A stretch of 64,000 nucleotides of DNA, taken from positions 47,621 to 111,620 of the forward strand of contig JBFLYO010000007.1 of NCBI GenBank assembly GCA_040756745.1. Reading direction: 5' to 3'. The DNA comes from Bacteroidota bacterium. Its GTDB lineage: Bacteria > Bacteroidota > Ignavibacteria > UBA10030 > UBA6906. The stretch's first letter is position 1, and each line of letters begins with the position of its first letter. Below, one piece after another: positions 34,485 to 42,554 of this stretch. The notes beneath the pieces were generated by a model. The model saw only the letters and a list, made by a program, of their open reading frames with translations. It searched no databases and was not told where the DNA came from. Position numbers and translations under genes: made by a program.

Positions 34485-34597
34485 ATGGCAAATCGATCTA
34501 ATTTACCAACTTTCAGGTGGAGAAGCAAGGACGCGCAGAGCAGTGCAAGCAGCCGCTGGGTGTGACAAATAGCCGCCTCCGTGGGATCCGTTGTCCG

Positions 34598-34684
34598 TCA
34601 CTCTCACTCACAGTCCGCCTTCCATCTTCTTCCCTCTTTTCTCTCTTCTCTGCTTCTCAAACTCTTCACTCATCACTCCTAACT
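34598..34684. repeat. degenerate heptanucleotide tandem tract (ACTCNNN/CTCNNNN)
   Basis: ..cttcttc|cctcttt|tctctct|tctctgc|ttctcaa|actcttc|actcatc|actccta|actcta. It shares TCATCACTC(C/T)TAACTC with 13812-13912. Confidence 0.6.
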
Positions 34685-36034
34685 CTATTCTGCGCTCTTC
34701 GCCAGCCACGACTCCAGCGCCATCAACGGTGCGGTCGGCATGAGCAGGGCGTGATCGTTGTACAGACGGGCGTCGAAGCGGTACCCCTTCATAAATCCCC
34801 CGGTCGATGAGCCGATCGGCAGGCTTCCTGAACCCACTCCGCGCCGGTATTTCTGCGTAATGCTACCGTAAATATCGAGGATCTGCCTCTTGCGGGTCAC
34901 GTTATCCGCCGCGGCAAGGCCGCCGGTTAGCGCAACAATCGATGCCTCGATCCGAAACCGGTTCGAGCCGCTGTTGGTCGCATTATCGTTCATCGTGTTC
35001 GCGATAATAACGTTTTTGTACGCGAGCAGGCCGATAAAATCCCTGGAGTTCGGGTTGGATCGCGGACTGGTCCTGCAGAGTAAATCATTCGTGACGAAGA
35101 TATTTCCCCCCCTCCCGGCGGCATCAGGGACCGTGAGCACCGACACCTTTCCCTGAATGGTCCCTTCCACGAACACGTCGACCCCCGGCTCGTAGATAAT
35201 CCCGCTCGGTGGCACCGTCATGACCGTGTCGGTCGAACGAAATGCACCATAGCCGTTGTTGCTTGTTCGTTTGAAGTCCCGGAAGTAGCGGACCATCTGC
35301 TGGCCGCTGGCATCGACAAAGAACTGGAGGTGTAGTTCCTTCTTCGTGGCGACCGTGATGAGACCGTTACCCGCCGTGAACGACGAGTTGAAGTCCCCCC
35401 CGCCTGCAAGCATCGGGGGCACGGGCACGGGATCAAACGCCGTAGGGAACTCCACCAGGACACCCGACTCGGGCCTCTGCGTAAAAACCGGCACCGTCCC
35501 TGCGGTGATCGTCACAGGTCTCAGAGTCGTCACGCGTCCGTTGAAGACCGGCATGATCGTCGATCCGGAATAGTGGTCCATCCGGAGCGTATTGTTGCTG
35601 TGGAGAGCACCATATGCGGTGTCGTATGTCGTCCAGGGGACGGACCCGTCATCATTGTCCGTCAGGACAACGTACCGGTCGAAATACCCAGGCTGGAGAT
35701 AGAACACGACCTGTTGCACCTGGCGGTCCCCTCCCGTGGCAGGAAAGGCGCCCGTGGAGGTCACCTGGATCTTGGGTCCTGCGTTCTCGATCGTCACATC
35801 GAGCGTCCCCCCGTTGAAGTCCACATTGTCGCGCCAGTGGCCCCTGAAAAACTTGTTGAAGTACATCGCATCCGCCGCCATGTTCGCTCCGCTCAGGGCA
35901 ATATCGAACGCGCTGGCGCGGTTGAAATACATCGCGAAATTGTCCACCGCGTCACCGGTGTTCATGGTGGCGTTCACGACGATCATTGCCGCAGTCATCG
36001 CTGCCACGAGCAGGAGCGCAAGCCGCCCGGTCAT
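34685..36034 (-). CDS. PilX-like protein: N-terminal hydrophobic helix plus large beta-rich domain
   Basis: MTGRLALLLVAAMTAAMIVVNAT.. resembles PilX_N-type anchors. The remainder has no recognisable catalytic motif. Confidence 0.55.
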   Translation of the reverse strand: MTGRLALLLVAAMTAAMIVVNATMNTGDAVDNFAMYFNRASAFDIALSGANMAADAMYFNKFFRGHWRDNVDFNGGTLDVTIENAGPKIQVTSTGAFPATGGDRQVQQVVFYLQPGYFDRYVVLTDNDDGSVPWTTYDTAYGALHSNNTLRMDHYSGSTIMPVFNGRVTTLRPVTITAGTVPVFTQRPESGVLVEFPTAFDPVPVPPMLAGGGDFNSSFTAGNGLITVATKKELHLQFFVDASGQQMVRYFRDFKRTSNNGYGAFRSTDTVMTVPPSGIIYEPGVDVFVEGTIQGKVSVLTVPDAAGRGGNIFVTNDLLCRTSPRSNPNSRDFIGLLAYKNVIIANTMNDNATNSGSNRFRIEASIVALTGGLAAADNVTRKRQILDIYGSITQKYRRGVGSGSLPIGSSTGGFMKGYRFDARLYNDHALLMPTAPLMALESWLAKSAE

Positions 36035-36047
36035 TGGCGCGCCTCCA

Positions 36048-36686
36048 CTAAATGGCTCCCTTCCCGAAGTTCCTGATCTCGAACCGCATCTGCTTCCAGT
36101 TGACCATCACTGTGGCGGAGGAATCGAGGCCTGTCACGGAGGTGTAGGGACTCACGTTTTCCACGCGCAGGCTCACCTCGACGGCGAGAATTTCCTTCAA
36201 CCGGTCGTACGGGACAGGCGTCGGAAGGGTGTCCCCGGTGTATCTCAGGTAACGTAGCCGGAACTGCGTGATCCCCATCGAGCTCCCCCCGTATTCCCCG
36301 ACATTCTCCCTGCGATAGAGCATCCGGTCGCGCGGGTTCGTCGTCGACGTCACCGGCGGGCCCAGGGCGTATGTCACGTAGTCGACAATCCCGTCCCCCT
36401 CGTTGGAGGATCCGGTGGGGAGATCCGTCTTGAAGCGTATCGAGTCCGCTGCTGCGATCGTAACGACCGGGACCGCCATGTTGCTCCGGATCTGGCAATA
36501 CCCGATCCGCCGGAGGTCCTCTTCGAGCACGGAAACCACCTCAACGAGGTTCTTCTGGGCGATAATTTCATCACGGTACAGCTGTTTGCTCTCAAGGTTC
36601 TGCGCGTTGAAATTCAGAAGCGTGAGGAGAAGGAGGCCCCCCGTGATCGCAGCGCCGATGATATCCAGGATAACCTGATACCCCAT
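36048..36686 (-). CDS. minor-pilin/pseudopilin-like protein (PilW/GspJ-like architecture)
   Basis: MGYQVILDIIGAAITGGLLLLTLL.. N-terminal helix followed by a beta-rich domain. GGGGAGGG RBS. 15 nt downstream of the previous gene. Confidence 0.5.
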   Translation of the reverse strand: MGYQVILDIIGAAITGGLLLLTLLNFNAQNLESKQLYRDEIIAQKNLVEVVSVLEEDLRRIGYCQIRSNMAVPVVTIAAADSIRFKTDLPTGSSNEGDGIVDYVTYALGPPVTSTTNPRDRMLYRRENVGEYGGSSMGITQFRLRYLRYTGDTLPTPVPYDRLKEILAVEVSLRVENVSPYTSVTGLDSSATVMVNWKQMRFEIRNFGKGAI

Positions 36687-36701
36687 ACGGGTCCCTCCCC
36701 G

Positions 36702-37259
36702 TCACTGAAGGAACTTGAAGTAGCTTACGACGCACCGCCTGGTCAGGTCGGCCCGCTGGCCGTCGAACTGGAAATAGTGGGTCGTGCTCCCCGGGACGGT
36801 GTCGCAGACGGTCACCTGGACAAGCTTGAACCAGCGCGGGCTGAAGACTGCCGAGGCGGTTGGAGGGTCGTAGTAGCGGACGACGCACCGGATACGGAAG
36901 TTCCCCACGCCGTTCACTGTCACCATAGTGTCGAGCCCGTTGAAGTCGTCCACGTCGTCGTACTGGGACTGGGAGACCTCACCCGTCTCACGCCCCATGA
37001 TGGTCGTCAGGAGCGGGAGTTTCGCTGCTGAATCAGCGCTCGTGGGCTTTGCAGCGTTGGAGAGGAGGTATTCGTCAAAGGCGAGCGCGGGACTGGTGAT
37101 ACGGTCGATGGTGGCATTTGCGACGGCGTTGGCGTTGATGCCGAGCTGGCTGACCGTGAGCGTTTCCGACGTGGACATGTTCGTCGTGTTTTCGTTCAGG
37201 ATCAGCGTCCCGAGAAAGACGCCGGCCACAATGACGAAGATCATTTCGAAGCGGATCAT
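36702..37259 (-). CDS. pilin-like protein with leaderless MIRFE N-terminus
   Basis: MIRFEMIFVIVAGVFLGTLIL.. has Glu at position 5 and a hydrophobic helix, like a mature type IV pilin. GGAAGGA RBS. In-frame TGA 9 codons upstream. Confidence 0.55.
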   Translation of the reverse strand: MIRFEMIFVIVAGVFLGTLILNENTTNMSTSETLTVSQLGINANAVANATIDRITSPALAFDEYLLSNAAKPTSADSAAKLPLLTTIMGRETGEVSQSQYDDVDDFNGLDTMVTVNGVGNFRIRCVVRYYDPPTASAVFSPRWFKLVQVTVCDTVPGSTTHYFQFDGQRADLTRRCVVSYFKFLQ

Positions 37260-37383
37260 CCCGAATTCCTTCCTTCTGTGTGTTCACTGGTGAGCGTGCC
37301 CGAAGGAGTCCCGGGGGTGTGGAGCCGCATCGTCGCGGATGCAGCCACATGGTACAAGGTTCTCCGATGAATCGCAAGCCGGA

Positions 37384-38337
37384 TCAACGGGAGCCGTGTG
37401 CTTCGAGAAACCGCCTCTCGATCTCCGCCGCCAGCCGGTCGGGGGTGTCCGCAGCCGCCACATGCACCCATTGCACCCGGGGATCTGCGCGGAACCACGT
37501 AAGCTGGCGCTTCGCATACCGCCGGCTGTTCTGCTGGAAGAGGCGGAGCATCTCCGCGACATCGATCTCACCACGGAGACAGGCATACGCCTCCCGGTAG
37601 CCGACGGTATTGAGCGCATTGAGCGAAGAAGAGTACCCGCGCCGTTGAAGATCCGCCACCTCTGTGAGGAGTCCGTCCTCGACGATGCGCCTGCACCGTT
37701 CGTTGATGCGCGTGTACAATTCCTTCCGGTCGCGGAGCAGCCCGAAGATACAGGGGACAAAGGAGAGAGGAGGACGGGGGGTGCGATGCAGCGCAGAGAG
37801 AGGGGTGCCTGTTGCGTGAAAGACTTCCAGTGCACGAATGAGGCGGCGCGGCTTCGTATGATCGATGCGCTCTGCCGACACGGGGTCGACGCGCCGGAGC
37901 TCTTCCAGAAGTGCTTCCGTACCTCCCAGGCGGAGCCGCGATTCCGTTGCGTCGCGGAACTCCGGATCGGCCCCCGGTCCCTCGAACAACCCGTCAATCA
38001 GCGAGCGGATATACAGGCCGGAGCCCCCCACCACGATTGGCAGGCGCAATCGGGCAAAAATCTCGTCGATGATCGTCCTGCCTGCGGCGCCGAACTCGGC
38101 CGCGTTGAACACCTGGTCCGGCGTCAGGGCATCGATGCAGTGGTGGGGCACGGACTCTCGTTCTTCGGGCGTCGGCTTTGCGGTACCGATGTCCATGAAT
38201 CGGTAGACCTGGCGTGCATCGGCCGAGATGATCTCTCCGCCGAGGCGCTGCGCCAGAGCGATGCCCACCGCCGTCTTCCCCGATGCCGTTGGGCCAACGA
38301 GCACAAGCACCGAACGATCATTGCTTCCCCATACCAT
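37384..38337 (-). CDS. miaA: tRNA dimethylallyltransferase
   Basis: ..VLVGPTASGKT.. P-loop, ..ISADARQVYR..DIGTAKP... ATG at 38337 is preferred to the track TTG at 38343. Confidence 0.9.
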   Translation of the reverse strand: MVWGSNDRSVLVLVGPTASGKTAVGIALAQRLGGEIISADARQVYRFMDIGTAKPTPEERESVPHHCIDALTPDQVFNAAEFGAAGRTIIDEIFARLRLPIVVGGSGLYIRSLIDGLFEGPGADPEFRDATESRLRLGGTEALLEELRRVDPVSAERIDHTKPRRLIRALEVFHATGTPLSALHRTPRPPLSFVPCIFGLLRDRKELYTRINERCRRIVEDGLLTEVADLQRRGYSSSLNALNTVGYREAYACLRGEIDVAEMLRLFQQNSRRYAKRQLTWFRADPRVQWVHVAAADTPDRLAAEIERRFLEAHGSR

Positions 38338-38365
38338 CCTCAATCCTCAATTCTCAATCCTCAAT
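38338..38365. repeat. four tandem heptads CCTCAAT CCTCAAT TCTCAAT CCTCAAT
   Basis: Read directly from the sequence. It occupies most of the 40-nt pcm-miaA spacer. On the coding strand it reads GATTGAG repeats ending in GAGG just before the miaA ATG. Confidence 0.8.
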
Positions 38366-38377
38366 CAGTCTCTTTCT

Positions 38378-39010
38378 TCACCATCCCATCTTCCCGATCA
38401 GCGGCACAAACTTGAAACCCTCCACCTCTTTCCGCTCAAACTGTTCGCCGTGCCGGGTGATAACCACGAGCGTCTGCACGGCGCGCGTGCCGACGGGAAT
38501 GACAAGCCTGGCCCCATCGGAAAGCTGCTGCATGAGCGGCGCGGGGACATCGGGGGCGCCGGCAGTGACGATGACGCCGTCGAACGGTGCGAACTCATTC
38601 CACCCGACCGTGCCGTCCCCCCCCTTGGAGGCGATGCGGTAGTTCAGCCGGTCGAGCACCTTCCGTGCGGCGCTGAGCAGGTCCGGGTTACGTTCGATGG
38701 TGAAGACGCGCGCACCCATCGCCGCAAGGATTGCGGCCTGGTACCCTGAGCCGGTACCCACCTCAAGGATCTTGTCTCCCGGTTCGAGGCACAGCTCCTG
38801 CGTCATGAATGCGACGGTGTAGGGCTGGGAGATGGTCTGGCCGTGACCGATGGGAAGCGCGGAGTCTTCGTAGGCCCTATTGATGAACGCTTCCATGACG
38901 AACGCGTGCCGGTCCACCGTTTCCATGGCACGCAGCAAACGCTCGTCGGTGATCCCTCGTTCCTTGAGGAGAGCGATCATCTCCGCCCGTTCTTCGTCAA
39001 ACCGTCCCAT
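38378..39010 (-). CDS. pcm: protein-L-isoaspartate O-methyltransferase
   Basis: ..QTISQPYTVAFM.. and the SAM motif ..ILEVGTGSGYQAAILA.. Confidence 0.9.
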   Translation of the reverse strand: MGRFDEERAEMIALLKERGITDERLLRAMETVDRHAFVMEAFINRAYEDSALPIGHGQTISQPYTVAFMTQELCLEPGDKILEVGTGSGYQAAILAAMGARVFTIERNPDLLSAARKVLDRLNYRIASKGGDGTVGWNEFAPFDGVIVTAGAPDVPAPLMQQLSDGARLVIPVGTRAVQTLVVITRHGEQFERKEVEGFKFVPLIGKMGW

Positions 39011-39042
39011 GTCGGCCCCCTGCCCTTGGGTATGTCATCATG

Positions 39043-39858
39043 TCAGGCGCCGGCCTTGACGATCCGCCAGACTGCCGCGGGCGAACGGTCCGTCTCCACG
39101 TTGAATCGGGACTTGAGCTCTTTTCGCAGCAGGGCAGGGGTCATCCCCCGGTAGAGCGTGCCGTTCTCCGCGATCGACACCATGCCGGTCTCTTCCGACA
39201 CAATCACGACGATCACGTCGGCCTGTTCCGAAATGCCCAGCCCCGCTCTGTGCCGCGTGCCGAGAAGCTGTCCCTCCCATGAGGTGAGATTGGAGAGCGG
39301 CAGTGTGCATCGTGCGGCCTCGATCACTTTGTCCTTGACCACCACGGCGCCGTCGTGCAGGGGGGAACGGGGATTAAAGATCGAGAGCAGAAGCGAACGG
39401 CTGAGCTGGGCGTCGAGCTTGGTGCCGGTCTCGACTGCCATCCGGATACCCGAAGCGCGGACGAACACGATCAATGCACCTATCTTTTTCTTCGACAGCT
39501 CCGTCACCGCGGCGACCACCTCATCGATCGATTCGTCGACGTTCACCTTCAGGAAGAGCCGGATGAACGGGCTCCGGCTCACCAGCACCAGCAGCCGCCG
39601 CAGCTCGGGCTGGAAGAGGATGATGAACGCAATGACCCAGATATCGGTAAGCGTGCGGAGGAACCAGCTCATCGCCTTGAGGTTCGTGGCCTGGGCGACG
39701 AACGAAAAGGCAAGAATCAGGAGGAGTCCCGCAAAGATCTGGATCGCAATGGTCCCCCGCATCGCGACGTAGAGGCGATAAAAGATGAAGGAGACCAGGA
39801 GGATGTCGATGATGTCGGAGACGCCGACGGTAATGAAGCCGATCCTGAACAATTCCAT
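39043..39858 (-). CDS. cdaA: diadenylate cyclase (membrane-anchored CdaA type)
   Basis: Three N-terminal TM helices, then a DisA_N domain with ..PLHDGAVVV.. and ..LGTRHRAGLGISE.. Confidence 0.85.
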   Translation of the reverse strand: MELFRIGFITVGVSDIIDILLVSFIFYRLYVAMRGTIAIQIFAGLLLILAFSFVAQATNLKAMSWFLRTLTDIWVIAFIILFQPELRRLLVLVSRSPFIRLFLKVNVDESIDEVVAAVTELSKKKIGALIVFVRASGIRMAVETGTKLDAQLSRSLLLSIFNPRSPLHDGAVVVKDKVIEAARCTLPLSNLTSWEGQLLGTRHRAGLGISEQADVIVVIVSEETGMVSIAENGTLYRGMTPALLRKELKSRFNVETDRSPAAVWRIVKAGA

Positions 39859-39885
39859 AGTCCGTCCTGGTGGTGAGAGAGTGAA

Positions 39886-40752
39886 TCACACCGGGGGGCG
39901 GCGAATCGCATCGGCGACCTGTGCCGCGCGGCGCGCCTCCCTGACGTCATGCACGCGAACGATGTTGGCGCCGTTGAGAATGCAGGCAGTTACGGCCGCC
40001 AGCGTCCCTTCCAGCCGTTCCCCGACGGGGAGATTGGTCACGGCGCCGATGAACCACTTGCGCGACGGGCCGACCAGCACCGGAACGCCAAGCGCAGCGA
40101 ACCGTGACAGACCTCCGAGGAGGCGGTAATTGTCCGTTACCGTTTTCCCGAAGCCGATCCCCGGATCCACCATCATCTGCCGCACCCCCTGTGCCCGTCC
40201 CCTGGCGAGTGCATCGGAGAGGTACCCGACAATCTCGCCGAAAAGATCTTCATAGACGGGATCCCTCTGCATCGTTTGAGGTGTCCCCTTGATGTGCATG
40301 ACGACGGCGCTCGCGCCTGCTTCACCGACGACGGTTGGCATGGCGGGATCGAACCCAAATCCGCTGATGTCATTGACGATCGCTGCGCCGGCGGCAAGGG
40401 CCCGTCGGGCCACGACCGACTTGTACGTATCGATGGAGACCGGGACATCCGTGCGGCGCACGATCTCTTCGATCACGGGAATGACGCGCGCAAGCTCGTC
40501 CTCCTCGCTCACCGGGGTCGCACCCCCCCCATACGTGGAGCCCCGCGGCCGGGTCGATTCGCCCCCGACGTCAATGAAATCCGCCCCTTCTTCAACCATC
40601 GCGAGCGCACGATCCACCGCCGTCGTCGACGTCGCGTAGCGCCCGCCGTCAGAAAAGGAGTCGGGGGTCACGTTGAGAATTCCCATGATGTGCGTTCGGG
40701 AGGCCAGGTCGTAGGTACGCGCACCGAACCCGTATGTCAGGGAGCCGTGCAT
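39886..40752 (-). CDS. folP: dihydropteroate synthase
   Basis: ..IMGILNVTPDSFSDGG.., ..DVGGESTRPG-like.., ..VSIDT.., ..NDISG.. are the pterin-binding motifs. Confidence 0.9.
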   Translation of the reverse strand: MHGSLTYGFGARTYDLASRTHIMGILNVTPDSFSDGGRYATSTTAVDRALAMVEEGADFIDVGGESTRPRGSTYGGGATPVSEEDELARVIPVIEEIVRRTDVPVSIDTYKSVVARRALAAGAAIVNDISGFGFDPAMPTVVGEAGASAVVMHIKGTPQTMQRDPVYEDLFGEIVGYLSDALARGRAQGVRQMMVDPGIGFGKTVTDNYRLLGGLSRFAALGVPVLVGPSRKWFIGAVTNLPVGERLEGTLAAVTACILNGANIVRVHDVREARRAAQVADAIRRPPV

Positions 40753-40816
40753 CCGCGCGTCGTTCGCAGAGGGGTGAAACGCAACGAGGCAACCGTCCGG
40801 TCACCTCGTGCGCGTA

Positions 40817-40915
40817 TCATGTCTTCTTCTTGGCAAGCAGCGCTTTGCGTTTTGCCTTGGCCCGTTCGATTGCCTTCTTGTGCTTCTTACGAACGTTCAT
40901 GGCCTTCTTGTTCAT
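40817..40915 (-). CDS. 32-aa highly basic peptide (MNKKAMNVRKKHKKAIERAKAKRKALLAKKKT)
   Basis: GGGAGG lies 6 nt upstream of the ATG. It is the 3' part of track ORF 40817..41035. About 50% Lys/Arg. No family assigned. Confidence 0.4.
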   Translation of the reverse strand: MNKKAMNVRKKHKKAIERAKAKRKALLAKKKT

Positions 40916-41156
40916 CCTGCCTCCCTCAGTGTATAAATGGCCCTCCCCCCTGCGCAAGGCACTCGTTGATGAGCGTCTGGTATCGTTCCTCAAAGATGTG
41001 CAGTGGGAGCGACGACGTCGGGAAGAGAACAACATTCAGTGGAAAAATTGGATACCAGGCCCGGTGCATCGGTGTTCGCGCCCCAACATCCGCATGATAC
41101 TCAATCCCCGGGTGAACTTCAAGGAAAGACGCGAGCCGGCGCCGACTGCAGCGGCG

Positions 41157-41360
41157 TCAGCCCGCGCATTCGTCATACCAGGCGGACTGGATCGCTTCCA
41201 GGATTTCGTCCGTCCCCGCCTCCGGCTCATCACCGAAAGCGGGGAGTCCGATCACCAGCGCACGGAGCTGGGGAAGCTCCAGTGCAAGAGGCTCAGTCTC
41301 GGGGTACTGCGCCGCAAGATCGCGGGCGATCTCCTCGACGTCACGCCACGTGCGCTTCAC
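41157..41360 (-). CDS. iscX: IscX (YfhJ)-like Fe-S assembly protein
   Basis: GTG start (AGGAG upstream). VKRTWRDVEEIARDLAAQYPETEPL..GDEPEAGTDEILEAIQSAWYDE aligns along its length with E. coli IscX (..[35 protein letters not shown]..W..) as recalled from memory. Confidence 0.65.
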   Translation of the reverse strand: MKRTWRDVEEIARDLAAQYPETEPLALELPQLRALVIGLPAFGDEPEAGTDEILEAIQSAWYDECAG

Positions 41361-41376
41361 GCGCGGTGCTCCTGGC

Positions 41377-42123
41377 TCAGCGTGCGTAGCGCGTGTAGCG
41401 CTCGTTGATCCGCCCCCAGTGGAGGTGGGCGATGAAATTGTCAACGTACGCTGCCCGCTTCGGTCCGTCCTTGTGGTAGTAGGCATGTTCGAACACATCG
41501 ACCGGGACGAGCGGGATTCCTCCCCAGATCGCGCCGTAGTGGTGCTCGTCCACCAGCACATTGAGCAGTCGGCGCGAGTAGAGCTGGTCAAAGACGAGCA
41601 CGCCCCATCCGCTCAACTTGGCGGACACAGCCGCGGCCTTGAAATCCGCCTTCCATGCGTCAATGGAGCCAAATTCCTTCATGATCGCGGCACTGACCTC
41701 CGGCGCTTTGGCCGGGTCGCCGTCACCACCCATGACCTCCCAGTAGATGTCGTGTAACACCGTCCCGGCGTGGTTCCAGGTCATCCTCCGTTTCAGCTCG
41801 CCGACCTGGCTGTAATTCCCGTTCGCGGCGGAGCGATCCGCCGTTTCGAGGCCCTTCTCGATGGTGTTGAGGGCAGTGACATATCCCTTATGGTGCGTGT
41901 TGTAGTGCCAATCCGACGTCTCCGCATCGATGACAGGAGCGAGGAGCTTCTTCGCTTCTTCGTCCGAGTAGGGGCGGGGATTGAATTTCCATTCGTACGG
42001 CATTGTGTGTTTTTCCTCCTGTGATAGGAATGTGTTCAACAACTTTCCTGGCTGGCCCACGCCGGGGACGACGCCCACTGCCCCCGAGGCCGCTATCGTT
42101 TTCACAAACGTTCGTCGCTTCAT
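41377..42123 (-). CDS. Fe/Mn-family superoxide dismutase with twin-arginine signal peptide
   Basis: MKRRTFVKTIAASGAVGVV is Tat-like. Metal ligand contexts are HYNTHH, WNHAG and DVFEHAYY. Confidence 0.85.
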   Translation of the reverse strand: MKRRTFVKTIAASGAVGVVPGVGQPGKLLNTFLSQEEKHTMPYEWKFNPRPYSDEEAKKLLAPVIDAETSDWHYNTHHKGYVTALNTIEKGLETADRSAANGNYSQVGELKRRMTWNHAGTVLHDIYWEVMGGDGDPAKAPEVSAAIMKEFGSIDAWKADFKAAAVSAKLSGWGVLVFDQLYSRRLLNVLVDEHHYGAIWGGIPLVPVDVFEHAYYHKDGPKRAAYVDNFIAHLHWGRINERYTRYAR

Positions 42124-42165
42124 CGGCGTTCCACCGTGACGGTCATGGATGCGGGCCGTGCGAGA

Positions 42166-42534
42166 TCAGACGCCGAAGGAGCTGCCGCAGCCGCAGGTCC
42201 GTGACGCCTGCGGGTTGTTGAACACGAACCCTTTCCCGTTCAGGCCGTCGCTGAAATCCAGGACCGTGCCGCTGAGGTAGAACAGGCTTTTCGGATCGAT
42301 GAACACCGTCACGCCGTGGGCGGTGAACACTTTGTCCTTCTCCCCGGGCTTCTCGTCGAACCCAAGCACATATGTGAGCCCGGAGCATCCGCCCCCCTTT
42401 ACCCCCACCCGTAGCCCATGAGACTCCGGGACGCTGTTGTCCGCTTTGAGCTTGCGCACCTGGTTCGCGGCTTTCTCGGTAAGGGAGATCTCTTCAGCGA
42501 GCACAGGCGAGTTGAGCGTGGTTGATTCCTCCAT
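42166..42534 (-). CDS. A-type Fe-S carrier (IscA/SufA/ErpA, HesB family)
   Basis: Start moved to MEESTTLNSPV. Contains ..GLRVGVKGGGCSGLTY.. and C-terminus ..CGCGSSFGV. Confidence 0.85.
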   Translation of the reverse strand: MEESTTLNSPVLAEEISLTEKAANQVRKLKADNSVPESHGLRVGVKGGGCSGLTYVLGFDEKPGEKDKVFTAHGVTVFIDPKSLFYLSGTVLDFSDGLNGKGFVFNNPQASRTCGCGSSFGV

Positions 42535-42554
42535 ATGAGACTCCGTTGTGCTGT

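Noticed and set aside
40916-41156. Known riboswitch (THF, ZTP, c-di-AMP/ydaO) upstream of the folP-cdaA genes
   Set aside because: I could not recognise the conserved cores of any of these classes by eye. The region is only reported as a structured spacer that needs an Infernal scan.
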